This document shows, in pieces, positions 37,676-48,409 of a stretch of 64,000 nt of DNA. The notes below the pieces were generated by a model that was not told the origin of the DNA, made no database searches, and worked only from the letters and a program-made list of their open reading frames with translations. Both the position numbers and the translations under genes were made by a program. The DNA is from Tubiluchus corallicola. Its lineage: Eukaryota; Animalia; Priapulida. Where the stretch lies: contig JAQGDQ010000324.1 in the NCBI GenBank assembly GCA_030141605.1, forward strand, positions 1 through 64,000, written 5' to 3'. The first letter of the stretch is position 1; every line of letters starts with the position of its first letter.

Positions 37676-40600
37676 AGGGGAGAGAGAGAGAGAGAGAGAG
37701 ACAAAGGCAGAAGCTGAAACTGCCCACAAGCAATTTTCCTGGTTAATATCCATCCATTTATTAACCAAGCTCAGCAATGCATAACTTTAAAGTCAAACTT
37801 TAATTCCGTCACTTTAGTTATTTTGCAAATTAGGTAATAGTTGTCTACTTTTTAGGAACAGACCGCTGTTTCCGGGAAGTAACGAAGTTGATCAAATCAA
37901 CAAGATTCATGAACTCTTGGGCACCCCGAACCCAAAACTCATGCGCAAATTCAAATGGTAAACAAAATAATTTATTATAGTGAACAACTAGGATCATTGG
38001 CGTGTCTGTCTCTACGTCTGTCGCCAACTTCTCTCTGCTCTTGGGTAATCTAGGAAGTTAATCATTGGCAGGTGCGTAGAGTGTAAGTCAAGCTCGGAGC
38101 CCCTTTGATTTTTGCATCAATTAGCAAAATTTGAATTCTTTACAATTTCTTAATGCCAAGTATTCAGTGCAAGTATGTATGTAATTTATTTATCATGTTT
38201 TAGACATGCAACACGTGCATTTATGATCAGATTAAACGAAATTTCACGTTTAAAAAGTAATAATGAAAGTACACTCATATCTCAGTGTGTCTCACCTCAC
38301 TTTTACGGTTATCGGGAAATTCGGTCCATTGCACACAGTTTTTATTTACTTTTGCATAGAAGTGGCCCGCATTAGTCATCTTTGAGACAATGAGGCGATT
38401 GATTCTACATAACCGTGAGTCTAATACACGGCGCCTACTACAGTCATACCTCGGTTTTCGACCATAATTCGTTCCTAAAAGTGTTTGAAAACCAATTTGG
38501 TTGAGCACTGAATCATTTATTCCCATAAGGAATAATGTAAAAACAAATAATCCGTTCTCAAGCACCAAATGAGCTGTAAAGTATTACTAAAACTAAATAT
38601 AATAACGCAAAAATGCTTATTCAAACAGTAGATGTGATATTATTGATAAGAAAAACATAATAGAATTCCTTAGAAAGAAAAACATAATTATTCCTGCATG
38701 AAAAAACCCTACGTGTTGGTAGCAGTGTGATGGTATACGTACGCAAGAGCAGAAACACATGTGTGACTACTCTCGGGTTTGGTCGGTTACGCTCGGCTCT
38801 ACTCGGCTCGCCGCGTATCCGTTCATCACGTGCTCGGCGATTGGTCGAGTACCGAAATTCTGGTCAAAAACGGAGATAATTTCAACCAGAATTTTCTGGT
38901 CGGAAACCGATTTGTACGAGTGCGGAAATGCTCGACAACGGCGGTTTGACTGTATATTACCTTAGTATTGGAAAATACGGACAAGTCGGCGAATTCGAAG
39001 CCAGATGTTTCCCCGCTTTTATCTGGCAGACATAGATATATGTAGTTAGGGTTTTGATTATAACAGCCTTGGCACTTGTATGAGTACAGTATGCCTTAAA
39101 CGTTGCTGTAAACTTTGATTTCTAATTTTCTTTTTAAATTTTTCTCCGATTTCTGCAAGCTCTTTCATGAATCAAAAGGGGTCTGTGACAATTTTTTTAT
39201 TTGTTTTTCTGATTGAAACTCCATTACTATGACGACAACAGTAACATTAGAAATGACGTGCAGAATCAGCTTGGCATGAAATCCTTATAGAAATTCCGAG
39301 CACCGTGTGGACCACACTTCTCTCAGTATTAACAATGTAGTTCTTCAACAAGATGCAGCCTTTTCTCCCCACTCATGAGTTGTGAGAGACTTTTTTAACG
39401 CAAGATGCTCGAGTAGCCAATGAATTAGCATATGAAACTTACCGTATTTTCCCGTGTATAAGAGACCCTTTTTTGCTCAGAATTTTCACTTTAAAAATAG
39501 GGGGTCTCTTATACATGGGAGTAAGTCTTTTCAATAAGATGCATAAATTGTGACACTAATGATTTTAAAGAAATAAGTGCTCTACAACTGTTTTGCGTGT
39601 CGCGTTCGACTATGAAGCGGTTGTAAGCAATACAAGCATCGTGACACAGGCATTATCTCCTCGTTTTCTCTTTTCCTGTTACAGGTTTGCAGGTACGCAC
39701 TTTAATATATACCAGTACTCTTTTTCTACAACACATTAACTGGTTTTATTTTGTTTTCAGTACCGCACTGAGTTGAAAAAAGTTGTACTCTACCCTCTAA
39801 AAATGTCCGTCTGAAAAAACTTTTTTCCAGAATTTTTGCCTAAAAATTGAAGGGGTCTCTTATACACAAGGGTCTCTTATACACGGGAAAATACGGTAAT
39901 AAAGTAGCAAAAATAGCAAAGCCTACTAGTGCAGTACTTTCATGTACAGTCAACCTCGGATATAAGGGACAACTCGGAGGGGAAAAAACGTCCCTTATAT
40001 CCGATGTCCCTCCGAAGTTGAGTCAGACCGAGCATGTATCTAGACCTGTACTTTTCTGTACTTTTACCCATATTGTTATAGAATATTGCTACACATTCAG
40101 TGCAAACGATATGTAAAAAGCTCCTTCAGTGATGCGAGATGTATGTGACCTCAGAAACCGAGCTGTTCGAAGGCCGAGCTTGCGAAAAATTGAGGTGAAA
40201 AATCGATCAATTTCGCTTTGATCATAGGGTCCCTTATGTGCGAGGTAATTTACCTTGGTTTCTATTCCGCGGGACCTGAAGATATCATCCCTTATAACCA
40301 AAAGTACCTTATATCCGAGTACCTTAAATACAAAGATTTTTATAAGGAAAAACATTACGAAAACTCGGGACCGGTGTTGGTGGTCCCTTATAAGCGAGTA
40401 CCTTATACCCAAGGTTAACTGTAATTTGATTAAAAGAATTGTCCAAGACTTTAGTTCATCTGCACCAATTTTCAAACATTTTGCTTTGATCGCGAAAAAT
40501 ATATAGATAATGTAAAGTGTACCGTGACTTTTGACACACCCTGTACCTTTTCGTTTGCCGATTGTGGTTTACTATTTTTGTTTGTTTATTCATTCGCCCA

Positions 40601-43600
40601 CTTTTCTGTACTTTGTCGTAGGCGCAGCAAAAGGATCAACATGAATTATAACTTTCCGCCGAGGCCATACAAGGGCTTCAAGAATCTAATTCCTCCGGAC
40701 ATGAAGCCGTCCACTGTTGACATTATACACAAGCTGTGCACTTACGATCCTGATGAACGACCTGATGCAAGACAGGTTCTTCACTTACAGTGTTTTGCCG
40801 AACACAGGTACACGTACATGAATTTTACTTGCCATTAACTTAAAGGAAAAGCCAAGGGTGATGTTTATGTTACTTTTATCACTTAGCCCTTTCACTACGG
40901 AAAGCGTGCCACACACTGCTGCCTATGTTTTTCTTGTAAGGAACGGAAGGCGGCAGACCGCCACCCAAGCTCAGCACAAAGCGCAGTTGTTTATTTCCCT
41001 GCTATGGCCATGCAAAAACATTGTAGAAAAGTTTAAAAGCCGTGGGATTGGGGTTGCTTCGTAACAAGTAACACTAACCAGCCAATCAGCGTTTGAAGCC
41101 AGGTGCATTCCACAATACTCTACTGTATAGTACGTTCTCGTGTAAAATTGCTTGTTGATAGTTGGTGTAACGTGTTTAGTAACTTATATTTAGTAACTGC
41201 ATTCTTATAACATAATTGCGTATTATGGATTAGTAATATGACTTTTGTGAAAATTGGCTTCTAAATATAAGCATGTGCTTATTTGTGCGGGTGTGCACAT
41301 GTGTGTGTGCATGAGTGCATATGTGTGCACGAATGTGTGCGCATGCGTATAAATAAAACTAATATTCAATATTAGTGTTTAATAACAAATGGCAATTTGT
41401 TTATTTACAAGCTTCTCTTTTAATAACACACCACAAGAAGTTATTGTCAAAAGCCACTGCGGCCCTGCAAAAAAGAAACTACATAGTGAAAGGGTTAAAC
41501 TTAAAAAAAGCAAAAAAGAAACCACGTAGTGAAAGGGTTAAACTTAAAAAAATAACAAAAAAATTTGCAAAACATGGTCTATAAGGCATAAAGTTAATTT
41601 ACACTAGTGGTGTATAGAAATTTTTAGGCGCGGAGGTAGCCGCCATTCACTTTGAAAATTATGACGTAACTGGTGGACTTTGGGATTTTTTGTAAGTGCA
41701 TCGTCGCTTTCCGTAAGAGCGTGCTTGATTAAACTAATTCAAATTTCTGCAGCTATAAAATGTTTATACAAAAGTATCACATAATTAACTATCTAAATTT
41801 TGTAAAAACTTATTATGCCTTCAACAGGAATTGACAGTGCACTGCATTTTTCAGCCGATGAATGTCAGTGGTGGAAGAATAGGCACTAAAATGGGAATAC
41901 TTAGTACACAAATGTATGAAATGATCGCGATCGCGAAGTAATTTTAGTAATTACACGAGGCGCTTGTCACACTTTTATTACTAAATTCTTCTAACATTTT
42001 TTGCGAGCATTGAAATAAATTTAACTTCCCAGAAGGCTTGACCTCTCCTTTAAGCATCTGCTGAACAAACTATTTAATGCTGTTTGTTTGACTTGAAGTC
42101 TTTGCTGTGTTTGACACCTTGACTTTCTCAAAAGTTTTGCTTTATTTTCTAAATAAGGTGTCAGTATAATGTCGTAAATAATCTCTTATTGCAACGGCGC
42201 CTTAAGGCTGTGGCACCGAGGTTTGGGGTATTGCTTTCAAAAACCTGGGTTTGATTCTCACACGGGGGGGGGGGATTTCATTCGCCATGCTGATTCTGGC
42301 TGTTTGCTTTTCATAATTTTGGCATTTTTGCACAAACAGAGCTTCCATACAAAAAAGAATTTTCATGAAGCATCAACGAAGCGAAGAACAGTCTCCCTTA
42401 AAAAGGCTTGGATTAAAAGTCCCATTGAGGAGGGTACGTATACTACGAGGGCAAAACGTAAGAAGTCTGATGTTTGCATGAAACATTGCGTGAAGCTTGA
42501 AAAATAATCAGAACATTCGTAACACACATGATACTAACTAACTGAAATTTTAAATTGCTGTATCTTGTCAGTAAAATAAAAATACATTTTTGTTTTGTGA
42601 GTGGTGCACCCTGGAGGGTTAGTCAGCATCATTTTACCAATTGGCGTGAACATTTAAATTATTATTTCTACTTACACAAGTCCTTCCAGCAGGTGAGCGA
42701 AATGCAAAGTAATATAGATTTGATATATTTGCATGGAAAAAAATTTTCGGGACATAATTTAACATTGCCTTTTCTTTCCCTGATTTACATTGTGTGTACA
42801 TGACGTCATGTAATGGTGCGGTCGGAACAGTATTGCAGGACATTTAAAATGAAAACAAACAAAAAAATTTTTCAAGGCGAGTATAATACATGCATAAAAT
42901 TGCTGCAAAGTAATATAATTTTTTAAGGTGATTTTTCTGAAACCTGCTTCAGATACCCCTTTTCTTGTCCTTAAATTGTCTTGAAGAGTTCACCCGGAAA
43001 CAGTGACTAAAACCTACATCTGATGTTACTGTGTTATTTATCATTGCACTAAGAAATTTGATTAATTTTTACTTTTTAATAAAACCTTTGTCGGATTGAT
43101 TTTGTAGCAGCCGATTCAGGTCAGAAACAGTCAGCATCAGAGTTCGGATCAGAATCTGCCTCCTGTGGTCGGCAAACGTACTGATAACCGTCGGTCAATT
43201 CAGAACATGCAGAATGATGCTAGCAAGAACTGGAACGGCGGAGACGACACCAGTAGGACTTGGAATGGCAGGACAACACAGTTGCCGTCGATACAGTTTG
43301 GTAAACAGGAAAAGTTTAAACAGGTAACGGCTAAGAAATGAACTTGGATACTTTAGATTGTAGTTTCGTGAATATTCTGATTCACGAATTTACATAACGC
43401 CACACTAAGGTAAAATTCTTGAAACTCGGTGGGAAGAGTCAATTACTCCCCCACATAGTTCGTGAAACGACTTTCCGGCAGCATGTTGGGTTATTAGCAT
43501 TATTAGCAGGGAAGTCGTTTTTACAAACTTGGGTCACTGATTAATACCGAAACTGAGTTGTCGAGGATTTATGCCGTGAAACTTTGATCAGAAATTTAGA

Positions 43601-44575
43601 TTTGCTTGCTGAATTATATGAACGAGAAATTATAAAAAGTAGAGATTCTATACTATTGTCTACACAGCGCAAATCAAAATTAAGAGGTATTTTTTCTTCA
43701 ACAAGATTAATACCTTTGTTACTGAGATCAACCTGTCCAAGAAGAATTTACAGCTCCCTGCATGAACCTAGAAATTCTACAACTTGTTTATCAAAGATTT
43801 TTCAATTGGTGCAGCATGGCAGCAGACACCACCTGCAAACATGAAAATCAAGAACCCAATGTTGTTTAACCAAATGTGTGTAAAATTGTCAGCAAGTGGT
43901 TGCCATTTGTTTTCCACTGTACCAATTACCCCGAAGCAGGGCCTATTTCAGCCTAGGCGAGGCCCGGGGAAGTGGGGCATGTGAGGCCTCATTAAGCGCC
44001 GGGGGCGGACGCTACCGTGGTTGGCGCCCAGAAAATTTTTGAACTCCTAGTACGTCGGAGAATCATTTTCGAAGAGAAAATATGGAGTTGTGCAGTTGTT
44101 AAAGGAAAGAACAATTGAAAGAAGAACTGCTTTATTCTCAAGACCAGTCCTTAATACTTGTCAATACTGGCAAACGGCGCGCGTGCGGCAAGAGAGAGAG
44201 AGAGGGAGAGAGGAGGCAGAATGTTCGCATAAAGCAAAAAAAATTTTACCTTGGCGCGAGGCCCCGGGGAAGTATCCCCACTTCCCCCCCTTGAAATAGG
44301 CCCTGCCCCGAAGTAGGATACAATACATTTTACTGAACTCTGACTATAGATGTACAAATGTTTATTATACTACTTTTTAGGCGCGGCAAAGAAAGATACA
44401 ACACGCTGGTAATGCGTCGAATGACGACTTGAATCTGCCTTCATTAGATGAAACTCACCCAACAGATACCCCAACTATTGTGTCTACAAATATTCCGCTG
44501 AAGTTACCTCGCCTTGATCCGCCGCCTTCGCCGGACTCGCAGAAGTCTGATGAAAATGCTTGCCGTTTTGGCTAG
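31247..44575 (+). CDS. MOK: MAPK/MAK/MRK overlapping kinase (MOK/RAGE-1)-like Ser/Thr kinase, multi-exon
   Basis: Phase-consistent GT-AG exons: 31247-31373, 31558-31672 ([15 protein letters not shown]), 33209-33298 ([15 protein letters not shown]), 33907-33977 ([12 protein letters not shown]), 34222-34300, 34831-34879 ([11 protein letters not shown]), 35920-36098 (LADFGS...[36 protein letters not shown]), 37856-37957 ([19 protein letters not shown]), 40622-40807 (YDPDER). Probable tail exons 43108-43323 and 44381-44575; a bridging exon after 40807 is unresolved. [11 protein letters not shown] and LLTDG are characteristic of MOK. Confidence 0.9.
32774..32975. mobile_element. Harbinger-like MITE with CGTAAG/CTTACG subrepeats
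   Basis: GGGACCGGATTCAC...GTGAATACTCCCC imperfect TIRs. Confidence 0.55.
33396..33830. mobile_element. Interspersed repeat, probable Kolobok-like family 2
   Basis: Begins ttaaGGAAAGACAGGATG; reverse-complement copy at ~59610-60032 ending CATCCTGTCTTCCT|TTAA. Confidence 0.65.
36180..37182. mobile_element. Tc1/mariner-type MITE, family A (CAGTAGGCGCC termini), full copy
   Basis: TA|CAGTAGGCGCC...GGCACCTACTG|TA; internal 22-23 bp tandem array at ~36290-36457. Confidence 0.8.
37512..37701. repeat. (GA)n microsatellite
   Basis: Direct reading. Confidence 0.98.
38441..38952. mobile_element. Tc1/mariner (Tigger-like) MITE
   Basis: TA|CAGTCATACCTCGG...GCGGTTTGACTG|TA; directly abuts a family A terminal fragment (38380-38440). 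Confidence 0.7.
39442..39896. mobile_element. Tc1/mariner (Tc2/Kanga-like) MITE
   Basis: Perfect TIR CCGTATTTTCCCGTGTATAAGAGACCCTT / AAGGGTCTCTTATACACGGGAAAATACGG, TA duplications. Confidence 0.85.
39947..40421. mobile_element. Tc1/mariner-type MITE, family B (CAGTCAACCTCGGATATAAGGGAC)
   Basis: TIRs with TA duplication; homologous to 44848-45205, 53493-53581 and 58720-59106. Confidence 0.85.
42545..42974. repeat. Interspersed repeat (copy at ~61400-61810)
   Basis: Shared blocks gtgg.gcaccctgga, ttaccaattgg, aatttt..aaggtgatttttctgaaacct; ends CTTGTCC|TTAA. Confidence 0.65.
43937..44305. mobile_element. hAT-type MITE with perfect 8-bp target-site duplication
   Basis: CCCCGAAG|CAGGGCCTATTTCA...TGAAATAGGCCCTG|CCCCGAAG. 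Confidence 0.9.
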
Positions 44576-44847
44576 TTGTGTTCCGAAATTTTTCTCAGTC
44601 ATTTTGACAATGTAGTGCTAAAATAATGTCAGTAATTGCAGTATTGTTTACTCTTATATTAGTGATACAATCATGACCTCAATGGTGTAGTTAAAGATGC
44701 AATAATATTTTTGTATATTTTGTATAATTTTCTTAAATAAATGTGCATTGTGCATAAACTGCATTTTTTAGACTTATGTAGTTACTAAAAGTTAATTTCC
44801 CCAAAAATGATATGTGTGTAATAATCTTGTAAAGGACTTTCAAAATA

Positions 44848-45205
44848 CGGTCAACCTCGGATATAAGGGACACCCCTGACCGGAAAAAACCGTCCCTTAA
44901 ATCCGATGTCGCTTATAGCCAAAGTTGAGTCAGACCGAGGGTGTATCTAGAACTGTACTTTTATCCATATTTTTATGGATCATTGCTACGCATTCAGTGC
45001 AAACAGTATGTAGGACGTATGTGACCGCAGAAACTGCGGGACCTGAATATATCGTCTCTTATAACCGAAAGTCTGTTATATCCGAGTACCTTATATACGA
45101 AAATTTTTACATAGGAAAAACATTACGAAAATCGGGACCAGTGTTGGTGGTCCCTTATAAGCGAGTGTCCTTTATAAGTGAGTACCTTATGCCCAAGGTT
45201 TTTTG
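44848..45205. mobile_element. MITE family B, internally deleted copy
   Basis: CGGTCAACCTCGGATATAAGGGAC start; shared interior blocks; degenerate right TIR. Confidence 0.8.
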
Positions 45206-45635
45206 TAACTTGTTCAAAAACTATAACAATTTTAAAACTAAACGGTAATAGTGATTGATTCTGCTTACAGGTTTACACACCTCATCACAGCTTCCATTGC
45301 ATGTTACAAAAATAGCTTAATGATAAAATAAACAATATCATGATCAAGGTACAGGATACCCATGCACCATCACATGATTAAGGTAGAAGATATCCATCCT
45401 TCATCATGATCAAGGTAGATAATACCCATGCTACATTGAATATTTAAGGTAGAGGATACTCATATTTCATCACCATGATCAAGGTAAAAGATATCCATGC
45501 TCAGTCGAATGATTAAGGTAGATGATACCCACCCATCATCATCATGATCAAGGCAAATGTGAGCTTGACACTCGTTTTTCATCATTTGATCAATCACACA
45601 GAGATCGATTTAATACCCATCGTCATTGCCATGAT

Positions 45636-46710
45636 ATCTTTCATCACCATCATCATAAAAGTAGATGGTATCCATCCTTACTGTCATGATCAAGGAAGAG
45701 GATGTGCATCTTTCGTCACCATCATCATAAAAGTAGATGGTATCCATCCTTACTGTCATGATCAAGGAAGAGGATGTGCATCTTTCATCACCATCATCAT
45801 AAAAGTAGATGGTATCCATCCTTACTGTCATGATCAAGGCAGAGGATGTGCATCTTTCATCACCATCATCATAAAAGTAGAGGGTATCCATCCTTACTGT
45901 AATGATCAAGGAAGAGGATGTGTATCTTTCATCACCATCATCATAAAAGTAGAGGGTATCCATCCTTACTGTCATGATCAAGGAAGAGGATGTGCATCTT
46001 TCATCACAATCATCATAAAAGTAGAGGGTATCCATCCTTACTGTCATGATCAAGGAAGAGGATGTGCATCTTTCATCACCATCATCATAAAAGTAGAGGG
46101 TATCCATCCTTACTGTCATGATCAAGGAAGAGGATGTGTATCTTTCATCACCATCATCATAAAAGTAGAGGGTATCCATCCTTACTGTCATGGTCAAGGC
46201 AGAGGATGTGTATCTTTCATCACCATCATCATAAAAGTAGATGGTATCCATCCTTACTGTCATGGTCAAGGCAGAGGATGTGTATCTTTCATCACAATCA
46301 TCATAAAAGTAGAGGGTATCCATCCTTACTGTCATGATCAAGGAAGAGGATGTGTATCTTTCATCACAATCATCATAAAAGTAGATGGTATCCATCCTTA
46401 CTGTCATGGTCAAGGCAGAGGATGTGTATCTTTCATCACCATCATCATAAAAGTAGATGGTATCCATCCTTACTGTCATGGTCAAGGCAGAGGATGTGTA
46501 TCTTTCATCACCATCATCATAAAAGTAGATGGTATCCATCCTTACTGTCATGGTCAAGGCAGAGGATGTGTATCTTTCATCACAATCATCATAAAAGTAG
46601 ATGGTATCCATCCTTACTGTCATGATCAAGGTAGATGATGTGTATCTTTCATCACAATCATTATAAAAGTAGATGGTATCCATCCTTACTGTCATGATCA
46701 AGGAAGAGGA
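45636..46710. repeat. 72-bp minisatellite, ~15 copies
   Basis: Unit tctttcatcaccatcatcataaaagtagatggtatccatccttactgtcatgatcaaggaagaggatgtgca; explains ORFs 45544-46638(+) and 45610-46701(-). Confidence 0.95.
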
Positions 46711-48409
46711 TACTTATGATTCATCATTATGATCACGGTAACGGATACCATTGCCCATCATTGTGATCAGTGTGAACAGCTTAAATACCTTAGGCCTATA
46801 TACACCAAACACTCATCTGGTGCTGACTGTTAGAAACACAGAATTTAATAAGCAAAACTTTATATGTTATTATTTGTGAAGAATGTTTATTAATAGAGTC
46901 CGAAATGAAATTACAAACTATTAACCGAATCCGAGGAAAATAAAATATCTAAATAAATACAAACGTTGGCTTACTAATGGGGAAAACAGAAACTATACAA
47001 AATGTTCACGAGATTATTAAATAGATTAATAACATGGGGGAGAAGCCTTCACCCACTAAGTAATAAATAAGAATATAGCATCAGCTTCAAAATCAAATGC
47101 ACCGGTTGGAACTTTGTTAACTACTTGTATAATTACATTAACGTTTTAATTTATATTGAATAATATAAATTTTCTTTATTTCGTTAAATGATAGCGTCTC
47201 AAGAAAGAAATTGTAGATGGCTTACGGCTAATTTGTCTGTCCTATTACTGTTTGGTTACACACATTGCCCACGTTGGTTCCTTGTTTTTCACAATACTTT
47301 GTGTCACAATGGAATAATCGAAGGCTGTGGACCCACCAAATTATCACTTTATATTCTGAACAGAAAATCGATTTTGACAGTGTGTTAGCACTGAGCTGCA
47401 AACTCACCATTTTGACAACAGAAGTCCAATATAATTTTGCACAATGATTAGGAGGTTTTTAGGAAAACGTCACAATCGTGATCCGGCAGAAAACAAGCTT
47501 TAAGACAGCCAATGACAAGCACGAAAAACAAAGATGTTTCTTTGATAGGAAATTGGAACTTTTCTAAGAAACAACACATTACAAACAAAATTAACAGAAG
47601 CAAACAACTAATGAAACAACATGCAAAGTACAGCTGTTATAGGCCATAGACTTAATACATTTAGAAAACTAACAATATATGCAGTCTTGAAAACTAGATG
47701 GCGATAACGTCAATAACAACAAAAAAGCACAAAAAGCCGACGGGTGCCCCACCTAGCCGAAGAATGTTATCGCCGACATGAAAATTCAATTTCGTTTAAA
47801 TAATGCAGCCAATCACGTGATGTTACAGACACAATTTAAATAATGCAGCCAATCACGTGATGTTACAGACACAATTTAAACAATGTCACAAAATGCATGC
47901 TGGTTAAAGTTCCCCAAAGTCCGTTCTTTTTGCTTACATAAAGCTTAATGTTTATTGTTCATGAGAGATGAAAGAGATAAGTAAACAGACTACAGTATGC
48001 GTATATAGTGTGCCACTGTACTAGGCCGATAACCATTCATTAACAACTTTGCTACAGGCTGTGACTCAAATCAATGTTAAGGTGATATAAACTTGTTAGA
48101 GAACCACAAATTACGATCAATTCATTAATGTTCAGTAACGTAATCAAACAGCATGGCACTTTTTTGTGTAACAGACTGGCTGGGCCATCTCGTTTAAAAG
48201 CGTATGAACCGTATTAGTATAATAGTTGCTAATAGATGGCTAAAACATTGTGCTGAAGTCAGTCTATTGACGTTCCCATTATATGTGAATAAACCGCTGC
48301 ATTAATTCACAGCAGTGACATTGTTGACACCACCCATTCTTCAACAAAATCAGTTTCACTACAAAAGTAAAGGGTCCACAGGAGTAGAAAAAGTTCTATA
48401 ACTGATCAT

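Noticed and set aside
39847-40506. Cluster of short ORFs (also 44925-45248)
   Set aside because: Lie inside non-autonomous MITEs; no transposase motifs.
41855-41913. Candidate bridging exon of the kinase tail
   Set aside because: Only open as phase 0 in and phase 2 out, the opposite of what is needed.
45544-46701. 364-aa and 363-aa ORFs as protein-coding genes
   Set aside because: Fully explained by a 72-bp (multiple of 3) tandem repeat open on both strands; no unique domain or splice context.
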